Source: Nitrospirota bacterium
GTDB lineage: Bacteria; Nitrospirota; UBA9217
Direction of reading: 5' to 3'
Assembly (NCBI GenBank): GCA_963818475.1
Contig: CAWFSF010000006.1
Location: 1,792,001-1,856,000 of the forward strand
DNA: 64,000 nucleotides
Both the position numbers and the translations under genes were made by a program. This document shows positions 9,097-18,715 of this stretch, one piece after another (the first letter of the stretch is position 1; each line of letters opens with the position of its first letter). Under the pieces are notes generated by a model. That model searched no databases. It saw nothing but the letters and a program-made list of their open reading frames with translations, and was not told where the DNA came from.

Positions 9097-10809
9097 ATGA
9101 GAACTATCCGCATATCCATGGCACAGATCAATCCGATCGTCGGCGACCTCAAGGGCAACCGGGACAAGATCATCGACTACATCGGCCGCGCGAAAAAACT
9201 CGGTTCCGATATCGTCGCATTTCCCGAACTGGCGGTTACCGGTTATCCGCCCGAGGACCTGGTACTGAAACCACAATTCGTCAAAGACAATCTGCGCACG
9301 CTCAAGGAGATCGCACAGGCGGCCAAAGGGATCACGGCGATCGTCGGCTTTATTGACGGCAAAGACAAGGACCTGTATAACGCCGCCGCTATCCTGGACA
9401 GCGGGAAGCAGATCTACACCTACCGGAAGATTCTCCTGCCGAACTACGGCGTGTTCGACGAATACCGCTACTTCAAACCCGGCAACCGCTGCCATGTCAT
9501 CACGGTCAAAGGCGTTGCTGTTGGCGTGAATATCTGCGAAGACATCTGGTACGCCGAAGGGCCGACCTTTGTTCAGGCGCTTGCAGGCGCTGAAGTGATC
9601 GTGAACATCAACGCGTCGCCTTTTCATAAGGGAAAGGGAAAAGAACGGCGGGCCACGATCTCGGAACGGGCGCAGGAGAGCGGCGTCGTCGTTACCTACA
9701 CCAACACGGTTGGCGGTCAGGACGAACTGGTCTTTGACGGACAGAGCATGGTGATCGACCGGAACGGCAAATTGATCGCCGTCGGCAAACAATTCGAGGA
9801 AGAGCTGATGACCGTGGACATCAGCGTAGCAGGCGTAAAACCGTCGCTTCCCGAAGACCTGATCCAATATCAGGACCACATCGATTACGTTGTTATTTCC
9901 GAAAAGCCTGCAGGTAAAAAGAAATCGCTCCCACCACGACGGAAGAGCAAACCGCTCCCGGTCTGCGAAGAGGTGTATCATGCGCTGGTGCTCGGCACGC
10001 GGGATTACATGACCAAGAACGGCTTTAAGTCCGCGGTCGTCGGCCTCTCCGGCGGCATCGATTCGTCCCTGGTGGCAGCTGTTGCCGTTGCTGCCATCGG
10101 CAAAGAAAACGTGACCGGCGTTTTCATGCCGTCCCAGTATAGTTCGAACGAAAGCCGGGAGGATGCCTGCGATCTGGCGGAACGCCTCGGGATAAGCATA
10201 CTGGATATCCCGATCAAGCAGACCTTCGACGCCTATCTCAATACGCTCCGCCATACCTTTTCGAAAACAAGGACCGACGTGACCGAAGAGAACCTGCAGG
10301 CACGGATCAGGGGCAACACGCTCATGGCGCTTTCGAACAAGTTCGGCTGGCTGGTGCTCACGACCGGCAACAAGAGCGAGATGTCCACGGGCTATGCCAC
10401 CCTCTACGGAGACATGGCCGGCGGCTTTGCCGTTATCAAGGACGTGCCCAAGACCATGGTCTACGACGTCTGCAGATGCATTAATCGTCTTGCCAAAAAA
10501 ACGATCATCCCCAAACGCGTGCTGACCAAGGCCCCGACTGCCGAACTCCGCCCGAACCAGAAGGACAGCGATTCCCTGCCTGAGTACGAGGTGCTCGACC
10601 CGATCCTGAAAGCCTACGTCGAGGATGACCGGTCGTTCGATGAAATGCTCAAGATGGGCTTTGACAAAAAGACCGTGGAACGCGTGATCCGGCTCGTGGA
10701 TTCCAGCGAGTATAAGCGGAGACAATCGCCCCCGGGGATCAAGATCACGCCGAGGGGCCTGGGCAAGGATAGGCGATTTCCGATTACCAACCGATATAAG
10801 AGCTTTTAA
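9097..10809 (+). CDS. nadE: Glutamine-dependent NAD+ synthetase
   Basis: Nitrilase-type domain (FPEL, LPNYGVFDE.RYF, ICEDIW) plus GLSGGIDS, ENLQARIRG and TGNKSE. Confidence 0.97.
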   Translation: MRTIRISMAQINPIVGDLKGNRDKIIDYIGRAKKLGSDIVAFPELAVTGYPPEDLVLKPQFVKDNLRTLKEIAQAAKGITAIVGFIDGKDKDLYNAAAILDSGKQIYTYRKILLPNYGVFDEYRYFKPGNRCHVITVKGVAVGVNICEDIWYAEGPTFVQALAGAEVIVNINASPFHKGKGKERRATISERAQESGVVVTYTNTVGGQDELVFDGQSMVIDRNGKLIAVGKQFEEELMTVDISVAGVKPSLPEDLIQYQDHIDYVVISEKPAGKKKSLPPRRKSKPLPVCEEVYHALVLGTRDYMTKNGFKSAVVGLSGGIDSSLVAAVAVAAIGKENVTGVFMPSQYSSNESREDACDLAERLGISILDIPIKQTFDAYLNTLRHTFSKTRTDVTEENLQARIRGNTLMALSNKFGWLVLTTGNKSEMSTGYATLYGDMAGGFAVIKDVPKTMVYDVCRCINRLAKKTIIPKRVLTKAPTAELRPNQKDSDSLPEYEVLDPILKAYVEDDRSFDEMLKMGFDKKTVERVIRLVDSSEYKRRQSPPGIKITPRGLGKDRRFPITNRYKSF

Positions 10810-10815
10810 CTGTTT

Positions 10816-10980
10816 TCTCGCAGAGGCGCAGAGTATGGCTAAATTGGCCAAGATCATCTCTCGCAAAGTCCGCAAAGGTCGCAAAGGAAGGCTAAATTCT
10901 GAGTCTTAACAAGCAACACGTAATTGTTATTTGCAATTTGCTTTTGATCTACTCTGCGCACTTTGCGCCTTTGCGAGAGA
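10816..10980. repeat. Gene-less family-A inverted repeat element (two left arms, one right arm)
   Basis: tctcgcagaggcgcagag; tctcgcaaagtccgcaaaggtcgcaaagg; ctctgcgcactttgcgcctttgcgagaga. Confidence 0.82.
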
Positions 10981-11017
10981 TAATTTTTGATTATCTTTGG
11001 CCTCGCGAGTCGACTCT

Positions 11018-11866
11018 ATGTCAACAGGAACCCTCTACATAGTCGCCACACCCATCGGTAACCTTGAGGACATGACCCTCAGGGCTATCCGTGTGCTGAA
11101 GGAAGCGGACCTCATCGCTGCCGAGGACACGCGCCACACCCGGCACCTGCTCGACCGCTACCAGATCGACACGCAGCTCACCAGCTACCACGACCATAAC
11201 AAGGAAGAGAAAGCTCCGGTCCTTGTCGCCCGTCTTCTCGAAGGGAAAAGCGTGGCACTCGTGTCGGATGCGGGAACTCCCGGTATATCAGACCCTGGCT
11301 ACTTCCTTATCAACCTCGCCATTGATCAGAAGATACCCGTCGTCCCTATCCCCGGCGCAACTGCAGCCATTGCCGCCCTCTCGATCTCAGGCATGCCGAC
11401 CGACCGGTTCATTTTCGAAGGTTTTCTCCCTGCCAAGCACCTGGCCCGGCAGAAACGGCTTCAGGACCTGGTGAAAGAAGAACGCACCCTGATCTTCTAC
11501 GAAGCACCGCATAAGATCATTAAAGCAGTCGAGGACATGCTCGAAGTTCTCGGCGACCGCCATGCAGTCATCACCCGGGAACTGACGAAGATCCACGAGG
11601 AAGCCATCAGGGGAACCCTTTCCGAGATCCTCAAGCGCCTGAACGAGGGCTCGATCAAAGGCGAGTTCACCGTCATCGTGCACGGCGCGTCAGCAGAACC
11701 GCTGAAGCAGGATATCGATACCGGTGAATATCTTAAGAACCTGATGCTGCATCGGGGCCTGAGCAAGAAAGAAGCGATCGCTGCTACTGCGGAGGAGCTT
11801 GGGTTGCCGAAGAAGGAAGTGTATAAGGAAAGCTTGAAGATAGAGGATGATAGGAACCGCGAATGA
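11018..11866 (+). CDS. rsmI: 16S rRNA (cytidine1402-2'-O)-methyltransferase
   Basis: LYIVATPIGNLEDMT.RA, AEDTR, SDAGTPGISDPG and RELTKIHEE. Confidence 0.96.
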   Translation: MSTGTLYIVATPIGNLEDMTLRAIRVLKEADLIAAEDTRHTRHLLDRYQIDTQLTSYHDHNKEEKAPVLVARLLEGKSVALVSDAGTPGISDPGYFLINLAIDQKIPVVPIPGATAAIAALSISGMPTDRFIFEGFLPAKHLARQKRLQDLVKEERTLIFYEAPHKIIKAVEDMLEVLGDRHAVITRELTKIHEEAIRGTLSEILKRLNEGSIKGEFTVIVHGASAEPLKQDIDTGEYLKNLMLHRGLSKKEAIAATAEELGLPKKEVYKESLKIEDDRNRE

Positions 11867-12337
11867 ACGCTAACGAACACGAATTGATCTTGAAGGATGA
11901 AGTCTTTCAAATCGTGGGCGCGGCGATGGAAGTGTCTAATGAATTAGGGTGCGGTTTTCTTGAAGCGGTTTATCAGGAAGCCTTGGAGATCGAACTTGAT
12001 GAGCGAAAGATTCCTCATGTGCCCCAGAAGCGGATAGAGATCCCCTACAAAGGCAGGATATTGAAAAAAGAGTACAATGCGGACTTTTTGTGTTATGACC
12101 GGATCATGGTCGAGATCAAGGCCATCAAAGCGATCACGGGGATAGAAGAAGCTCAGATCCTGAATTACTTGAAGGCAACGAATCTTCCGCTTGGGCTGGT
12201 CGTCAATTTCGGTGCGCCTCAGCTTGAATGGAAACGCTATGCCAACACCAGGAGGAACCACTAATGAACACTAATGTACGCGAATTAAGAACAAAAACAA
12301 GGAAGTTATTAGCGTCCATTCGCGTTCATTCGCGGTT
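11855..12337. mobile_element. Second GxxExxY gene bracketed by family-B inverted repeats (CGAATGAACG trimers)
   Basis: Left arm aaccgcgaatgaacgctaacgaacacgaat; right arm attagcgtccattcgcgttcattcgcggtt (outer 16 bp perfect); extra left-arm copy at 12256-12286. Confidence 0.62.
11863..12264 (+). CDS. GxxExxY protein
   Basis: LGCGFLEAVYQEAL, ADFLC, VEIKA, AQILNYLKAT and GLVVNFG. Confidence 0.93.
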   Translation: MNANEHELILKDEVFQIVGAAMEVSNELGCGFLEAVYQEALEIELDERKIPHVPQKRIEIPYKGRILKKEYNADFLCYDRIMVEIKAIKAITGIEEAQILNYLKATNLPLGLVVNFGAPQLEWKRYANTRRNH

Positions 12338-12620
12338 GATCTCGGCTCTGTTGATCTGTGCATTGTTAACCACCGGCTGTGCAACACTCACTACCGCTAC
12401 GCACTTTACCCCAGAAAGCCCGATGATATATAGCGGAACCAGGCTTGACTTACATGCGAGCGCAAATCACGATGAGATACTCCGCGTTTACAGCGATAAG
12501 TATGGTGTAGAACCACCGGCCTATCCAAAATTAGATCTCCCCTTCAGCCTATTGTTGGATACGCTAATTCTTTTCCCTGTCGTATACCCTATTGCTCTGT
12601 ATCAAGCTGTTTTCGACTAA
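12264..12620 (+). CDS. YceK/YidQ-like lipoprotein (start uncertain; N-terminus derived from the repeat)
   Basis: Lipobox LTTGC, IYSGTRLD and DLPFSLLLDTLILP. Confidence 0.78.
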   Translation: MNTNVRELRTKTRKLLASIRVHSRLISALLICALLTTGCATLTTATHFTPESPMIYSGTRLDLHASANHDEILRVYSDKYGVEPPAYPKLDLPFSLLLDTLILFPVVYPIALYQAVFD

Positions 12621-12641
12621 GAGTCGACTAACAACTTATAA

Positions 12642-12947
12642 TTATTTCTTTTCCGTCAGTGTGCCGTTTTCGGGATTATACTCGTAATTGTCACTCTTAA
12701 GGGTCAGTTTGCTGAAGGACGACAGTTCACTGAGGTCCGCGGGATATCTCCCGTTGGCGGCATTAAATTCCAGGATCGACTGCTGAACTTGCTGGACATT
12801 CACATCCTTATCGAGCTTTTTGGTGGTCTTATATGATTCTGTTAGCGTGTTCCCGTATTGCTGGACAGGGTTCTTTTCCTCTGAACACGATACCACGGCA
12901 CACAATAAAAGGAACAATCCAACACGCACAGTATTCATCAGTTTCAT
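12642..12947 (-). CDS. Putative lipoprotein with a pseudopilin-like GRYP..L.EL segment
   Basis: Signal peptide ending VVSC; F...NGRYPADLSEL. Confidence 0.65.
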   Translation of the reverse strand: MKLMNTVRVGLFLLLCAVVSCSEEKNPVQQYGNTLTESYKTTKKLDKDVNVQQVQQSILEFNAANGRYPADLSELSSFSKLTLKSDNYEYNPENGTLTEKK

Positions 12948-13103
12948 CGTTTTTCCTGAGAGTTCTACAACAGTTTTTCAATTGACCCTGGTCGTCATAA
13001 TACTAGATTTCGTTTCACTGAGCAAGTCAGAATACCGTAGGCAAGTCGGGCAGAGTGAAAACCCCGACGAAATTATCCCAACCATCTAAACAAGAGGTTG
13101 AAT

Positions 13104-14231
13104 ATGTCCAAAGTCTACTTCTCTACCGCCCGCACGCTCCGCTGGGACTACAGCCACAGCGGGCCGGGCAAGCTCGAAACCCTGCTCCGGAAAATGAACT
13201 TCTCCGACCGGTTTACGGAAGACGAATGGGTCGCGATCAAGACCCATTGGGGCTCCCATGGCGCGTTCCGCATCGTGCCTCCGGTCATGATCCGCAAGGT
13301 CGTTGAAGCGGTCAAAGAAACCGGCGCCAAGCCCTTTGTCACGGACACGGTCAGGATCATGGGGCTCGACTACATCGAGGTGGCGAACCAGAACGGCCTG
13401 AACCATCTCTCCTGCGGCGCGCCGGTGGTGCTGGCTGACGGGCTCTACGGCAAGGACAGCATCCTGGTCAAGGCCGGCCCGATCCTGGGCGAGATCGCTG
13501 TTGCCTCGACCATCCACGACGTTCCGGCCATGGTCGTCTGCACGCACACGAAAGGCCACATCAACTCGGGCTATGCCGGGGCGCTCAAGAACCTGGCAAT
13601 GGGCTGCGTCAGCTCCCGCCACCGGGACCATGGCTGGAAAAAAGGCCGCGGCTCCATGCACTGCCACGGGGAATCGAACCTGCAGTGGAACCAGGAGCTC
13701 TGCACCTTCTGCGAACAGTGCAAAAGCATCTGCCCCCTGAACGCCATCGACTTTAAAGACGGGGCATTCACCGTGGACAAGAACACCTGCTGGCATTGCG
13801 GCAGGTGCAGCCGGGTCTGCCAGGAAGGCGCGCTCACGCTGCCGCAGGACGACGTTACCTTCCAGAAAAGCCTTGCCGAGGCTGCAGCTGCAGTTCTTTC
13901 GACCTTCAAAAAAGGCAAGGTCATTTACATCAACTTCCTGTACGAGATCCAGCCCGAGTGCGACTGCATGCCGACTGCCGACGTGCCGATGATCCAGGAC
14001 CAGGGCATCATGATCTCCGATGATATCGTGGCCATCGAACAGGCGTCCCTTGATATGCTCAAAACCGCCCCTCCCCTGCCCCAGTCGGCTGCGGAAGAAT
14101 CTGCAACTTGCTCCAGGAGATGATATACTGTTATAAATTGAACCCCAGGCCAATGCAGCATCCAAATCGACGAAGCGGAGAAGCTGGGGCTCGGTACAAG
14201 GAAGTACGAATTGGTGAGGATTGAACCTTAA
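13104..14231 (+). CDS. DUF362 domain protein with a 2x[4Fe-4S] ferredoxin domain (indels at 14100-14160)
   Basis: VAIKTHWG, HTKGH..SGYAGALKNLAMG, CTFCEQCKSICP, CWHCGRCSRVC and PECDC; the tail AEKLGLGTRKYEL resumes in another frame, stop at 14229-14231. Confidence 0.85.
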
Positions 14232-14240
14232 AGACAGTTG

Positions 14241-14334
14241 AACCGCGAATGAACGCTAATTTTCGCGAATAAATCAGAAACATAATTCATGTCTTAAAGT
14301 TTTCATTCGTGTTCATTAGCGTAAATTAGCGGTT
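14241..14334. repeat. Gene-less family-B inverted repeat element
   Basis: aaccgcgaatgaacgctaattttcgcgaat ... attcgtgttcattagcgtaaattagcggtt. Confidence 0.85.
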
Positions 14335-14351
14335 AAAAGGAAAGGTTTTAC

Positions 14352-15788
14352 ATGACCAAACGCACCAAGATCATCGCCACCATCGGCCCGGCATCCAGCT
14401 CCCCTGCGATCATCGCCAGGCTCATCCGAGCTGGCATGGACGCGGCTCGGCTGAACTTCTCGCACGGCGAGCGAGAAGACCATATCAAGCGCATCAACCT
14501 CATCCGCAGCGAGGCGGCTAAGGCGGGAAAGCATATCGCGATCATCCAGGATCTGCAGGGACCGAAACTGCGCGTCGGCGCCATAAAGAACGACGCGGCA
14601 GTGCTCAAGCGCAACGACACCATCGTGCTTACGACGAAGAAGATCGTCGGCACGAGCGAACAGGTATCCATAACCTATCCCCGGCTTACCAAGGACCTGA
14701 AGGTCGGCGACACCGTGCTGCTCGACGACGGCAGGCTGGAGTTCAGGGTCGTGAAGAAAAACGCGCAGACGCTCTCTTGCAAGATCATCCGCGGCGGCGT
14801 GCTCAAGAGCCACAAGGGCGTCAATCTGCCCGGGGCGAAGCTCTCGCTTCCCTCGCTGTCGACCAAGGACCGTGAGGACCTCCGGTTCGGCGTCAAACAG
14901 GGTGTTGACTACATCGCGCTCTCGTTCGTGCGCACGGCAAAGGACATCCTCCAAACCCGACTTTTCATCCAGTCGCTGAAAGCGGATATTCCGATCATCG
15001 CGAAGATCGAAAAACCCGAGGCCATCTTGAACCTCGATGAGATCATTTGCGAAGCCGACGGTATCATGGTCGCCCGCGGCGACCTGGGCGTGGAGATGTC
15101 GCCCGAAAAGGTTCCGTTGCTCCAGAAAATGATCATCGAAGCCTGCCACTGGGCTGAAACACCGGTGATCACGGCGACCCAGATGCTCGAAAGCATGATC
15201 GAGAACCCCCAGCCCACGCGCGCCGAAACATCGGACGTGGCGAACGCGATTCTCGACGGCACGGACTGCGTCATGCTTTCCGGAGAGACCGCGGTTGGCA
15301 AGTATCCGGTCCAGAGCGTGGAGTTCATGGCGCGCATCGCGCTGCAAGTCGAGACATCGGTCAATCCCTGGCCTCCGGACGTTGACGTTGCCGGCATGGG
15401 AGAAAGCGTTGCCCATGCCGCCTGCCGCGCAGCCGAGGAACAGCAGGCGCAGGCCATCGTGCCCTTTACCCAGTCCGGATCAACCGCCCTTCTGGTCTCG
15501 AAACACCGTCCGCGGATGCCTATCATCGCGCCGACGCCCTTCGAGCAGGTGGCCAGAAAAATTTCGCTCTACTGGGGAGTTACACCGGTTATCCTGAAGG
15601 CAAAAAAAACTACCGACGACATGATCACGAGCGTGGAAGGGATCATGCTCAAAAAGAAGCTGGCAAAGCAGCACGATCTCATCGTGATCACGGCAGGCGT
15701 GCCCATCGGCGTTGCTGGAAGCACCAACATGATGAAGATCCACCGGGTGGGCGAGGCGACGAGCCTGGAGTCGAAAAAGAGGTCATAG
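14352..15788 (+). CDS. pyk: Pyruvate kinase
   Basis: RTKIIATIGPAS, RLNFSHG, DLQGPKLR, IAKIEK, MVARGDLGVE and ATQMLESM. Confidence 0.97.
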   Translation: MTKRTKIIATIGPASSSPAIIARLIRAGMDAARLNFSHGEREDHIKRINLIRSEAAKAGKHIAIIQDLQGPKLRVGAIKNDAAVLKRNDTIVLTTKKIVGTSEQVSITYPRLTKDLKVGDTVLLDDGRLEFRVVKKNAQTLSCKIIRGGVLKSHKGVNLPGAKLSLPSLSTKDREDLRFGVKQGVDYIALSFVRTAKDILQTRLFIQSLKADIPIIAKIEKPEAILNLDEIICEADGIMVARGDLGVEMSPEKVPLLQKMIIEACHWAETPVITATQMLESMIENPQPTRAETSDVANAILDGTDCVMLSGETAVGKYPVQSVEFMARIALQVETSVNPWPPDVDVAGMGESVAHAACRAAEEQQAQAIVPFTQSGSTALLVSKHRPRMPIIAPTPFEQVARKISLYWGVTPVILKAKKTTDDMITSVEGIMLKKKLAKQHDLIVITAGVPIGVAGSTNMMKIHRVGEATSLESKKRS

Positions 15789-15830
15789 GCCGGTAATTGC
15801 ATGAATCTTATAGCGGCAAGAAAGGAGAAT

Positions 15831-15951
15831 CTTTGACACGGATACCAAGTAGGCGCTTCTAAGCGAGTGCGGATTTAATTATGAAGAAGCATGATACACC
15901 CTGCTTTATCCGCTTTTATCATAGCCTTTCTCTGATTTTTCCGTGTCAAAG
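15831..15951. repeat. Family-C inverted repeat element (GACACGGAT / TTTATCCG)
   Basis: ctttgacacgg (15831-15841) and ccgtgtcaaag (15941-15951) form a perfect 11-bp IR; related copies at 22639-22719, 37375-37518, 39226-39364 and 54160-54239. Confidence 0.72.
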
Positions 15952-16033
15952 TTTTAACTCTTTGGCTGTATGATGAATGAATAGCGCAGTACTTAATGAA
16001 TGCGCATATCTTTTTTAAGAGAGGACGAAAACG

Positions 16034-16465
16034 ATGAAAGTACGCGACTTGATGGAAACCAAGGGGAAGGACACGGTCTCGATCGATGCGAGCAGCTCGG
16101 TGGACGATGCGATCCGGTCAATGCACGCACGGAAGATCAGCGCCCTCATGGTGATGGAGAATGGAAAGAGCGTCGGGATTTTCACAGAGCGGGATGTTGT
16201 GCGGACCTACATCGCATCTGCCGGAAAAAGCTTCAAGGAAATCTCCGTACGCGATTTCATGATCAAGGACCTCATTGTTGCTGTTCCTGATGAGGACATC
16301 CACGAGGTCTCGGCCACCATGGTCGAGAAGAACATCCGGCACCTGCCCGTGGTAGAGAACGGCCACGTCATCGGCATGCTGTCTATCCGCGATATCATCC
16401 AGACCCAGGTCACGAAGCTCACTACGGAGATCCATTATTTGAAGGATTATATCTCCGGGTTTTAA
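16034..16465 (+). CDS. CBS domain protein
   Basis: Tandem CBS domains: GIFTERD, IRHLPVVE and GMLSIRD. Confidence 0.92.
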   Translation: MKVRDLMETKGKDTVSIDASSSVDDAIRSMHARKISALMVMENGKSVGIFTERDVVRTYIASAGKSFKEISVRDFMIKDLIVAVPDEDIHEVSATMVEKNIRHLPVVENGHVIGMLSIRDIIQTQVTKLTTEIHYLKDYISGF

Positions 16466-16505
16466 CGATCGGGCATATCTTGACCTGTTGCAAAGTACCG
16501 AAATA

Positions 16506-16546
16506 AGAGCGGTGACAAGACCCCATCGCTCTTTTTTTGTTTTTTT
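16506..16546 (+). terminator. Rho-independent terminator after the CBS gene
   Basis: agagcggtg...catcgctct followed by a long T tract. Confidence 0.7.
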
Positions 16547-16572
16547 TCGGCTCCGCGGAGTTATAATTTCAT

Positions 16573-18702
16573 ATGGACAAGATCTCCACGACCTGCCCTT
16601 GGTGCGGCTGCGGCTGCGGGCTGTACCTGCATGTTGAGAACAATATCATCACGGGTGTGTCTCCGAGCCGCAACCATCCGGTGAACCATGGGACGCTGTG
16701 CGTCAAGGGCTGGAACTGCCACGAGTTCGTCCAGCATCCCGACCGCCTGACCACACCGCTTGTTAAGGAAGGAGCGGCCTTCAGGCGCGCCACCTGGGAG
16801 GAAGCGCTCAACAAAACCGCGGCAAAACTCACCGAGATCAAGAACACTTACGGCCCCGATGCCATCGGCATCCTGGGGTCCGCCAAGTGCACGAATGAGG
16901 ACAACTTCTTGCTCATGAAATTCGCACGCGCGGTGATCGGCACGAACAATGTCGACCACTGCGCCCGGCTCTGTCACTCCTCCACCGTGGGCGGCCTGGC
17001 TGCTGCTTTCGGCTCCGGCGCCATGACGAACTCTATTGACGAGATCAGGGACGCCCGGGTCATCTTCGTTATCGGATCGAACACCACGGAACAGCACCCT
17101 ATGATCGGGATGCATATGCTTGAGGCAAAGGACCGCGGCGCCACCATCATTGTCGCCGATCCCCGTCGCACCCAGATCGCCCAATTCAGCCACCTCCACA
17201 TGAGGCACAAAAGCGGCACCGACGTGGCGCTGCTCAACGCCATGATGAACGTGATCATCACCGAAGGCCTGGTGGACGTTTCCTTCATCCGCCAGCGCAC
17301 CGAGAACTTCGATGATTTCGAGAAAGGCGTACTGGCCTATTCGCCGGAGGTCGCCGAGCGGATCACCTCGGTCCCTGCCGATGAAATCCGCAAGGCGGCG
17401 CGGATCTATGCATCCGAAAAACGGTCCATGCTTTTTTATTCCATGGGCATCACCCAGCACATCACGGGCGTGGACAACGTCCGCTCCTGCGCCAACCTGG
17501 TCATGCTCACCGCGCACATCGGCCAGCCCATGACAGGCCTGAACCCGCTCCGCGGCCAGAACAATGTGCAGGGCGCATGCGATGTGGGAGCGCTTCCCGA
17601 CGTTTTTTCCGGTTACCAGAAGGTGGCCGACCCTGTTGCGCGGAAAAAGTTCGAACGGGCATGGTCCCGGCCCCTGCCCGTAACACCGGGGCTCACGCTC
17701 ACCGAAATGGTGGACGCCATTCATGAAGGGAAAATCCGCGCCTTGTACATCATGGGCGAGAACCCGGTGATCTCTGACCCCGACAGCGCCCATGTGAGAG
17801 CGGCCCTGGCAAAACTTGATTTTCTCGCGGTCCAGGATATTTTCCCCACGGATACCGCGGAGTATGCCCACGTGATCCTGCCGGCCACAACCTTCGCGGA
17901 AAAGGACGGCACGTATACGAACACCGAACGCCGGGTCCAGAAGATCAGGAAGGCCGTGCAGCCCGTGGGCGAGTCAAGGCCGGATTACGAGATCATCTGC
18001 AGCATTGCCCGGCTCATGGGGTATCCCATGGACTACCGGGCGGCCCATGAGATCATGGAGGAGATTGCCATCCTCACACCGTCCTACGGCGGCATCCTCC
18101 ATCACCGTCTGGACGCCGGTTTCGGGCTCCAGTGGCCCTGCTTCGGCATGGACCACCCCGGCACACCCTACCTGCACCGGAAGAAGTTCACCCGCGGCAT
18201 GGGCGCATTCATCCCCGTGGAGTTCATTCCGCCTGCAGAGCCCACGGACAGCGAATATCCGTTCCTCTTGACCACCGGCAGAAGCTATTTCCACTACCAT
18301 ACGGGCACCATGTGCAGAAGGACCATAACGCTGGAACGCGAAGAGCCCGAATGCACCGTCGAAATCAATCCTGCTGACGCAAAACGGCTTGAAGTCCGCC
18401 GTGGCGACCCCGTGCGCGTCAAGACACGCCGCGGCAGCATTGAGGTTAAAGCACGGGTCACGAACGTCGTGCCCGAAGGGATCATTTTCATCCCCTTCCA
18501 CTTCCGCGAAGCTGCAGTGAACCTGCTTACGATAAACGCCGTGGATCCCGATGCCAAGATCCCCGAGTTTAAGGTCTGTGCAGCGTCGATCGAAGCGGTC
18601 CGGAAAAAACCGGGTACGCGGCCGGCGCCGAGGCTCAGCTATCACGAGGGAATGAAAAAGGGGCTTGACCTGTATATTCCGCCTGAAGAAATGGAACGCT
18701 GA
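16573..18702 (+). CDS. fdhF: Cytoplasmic formate dehydrogenase alpha subunit (Mo/W-bisPGD, Cys ligand)
   Basis: CPWCGCGC...LCVKG, DHCARLCHSST, LRGQNNVQG and KIPEFKVCA; no Tat signal. Confidence 0.92.
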   Translation: MDKISTTCPWCGCGCGLYLHVENNIITGVSPSRNHPVNHGTLCVKGWNCHEFVQHPDRLTTPLVKEGAAFRRATWEEALNKTAAKLTEIKNTYGPDAIGILGSAKCTNEDNFLLMKFARAVIGTNNVDHCARLCHSSTVGGLAAAFGSGAMTNSIDEIRDARVIFVIGSNTTEQHPMIGMHMLEAKDRGATIIVADPRRTQIAQFSHLHMRHKSGTDVALLNAMMNVIITEGLVDVSFIRQRTENFDDFEKGVLAYSPEVAERITSVPADEIRKAARIYASEKRSMLFYSMGITQHITGVDNVRSCANLVMLTAHIGQPMTGLNPLRGQNNVQGACDVGALPDVFSGYQKVADPVARKKFERAWSRPLPVTPGLTLTEMVDAIHEGKIRALYIMGENPVISDPDSAHVRAALAKLDFLAVQDIFPTDTAEYAHVILPATTFAEKDGTYTNTERRVQKIRKAVQPVGESRPDYEIICSIARLMGYPMDYRAAHEIMEEIAILTPSYGGILHHRLDAGFGLQWPCFGMDHPGTPYLHRKKFTRGMGAFIPVEFIPPAEPTDSEYPFLLTTGRSYFHYHTGTMCRRTITLEREEPECTVEINPADAKRLEVRRGDPVRVKTRRGSIEVKARVTNVVPEGIIFIPFHFREAAVNLLTINAVDPDAKIPEFKVCAASIEAVRKKPGTRPAPRLSYHEGMKKGLDLYIPPEEMER

Positions 18703-18715
18703 ACACGGATAGATC

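Noticed and set aside
13020-13100. Possible c-di-GMP riboswitch in the DUF362 leader (ggcaa..gtcggg..gaaa..cccgac)
   Set aside because: Only one hairpin is present, and the GCAAA junction and second stem of the GEMM consensus are missing.
7221-14334. Short repeats as a CRISPR array
   Set aside because: The repeats are inverted pairs at gene junctions, not direct repeats with regular unique spacers, and no cas genes are present.
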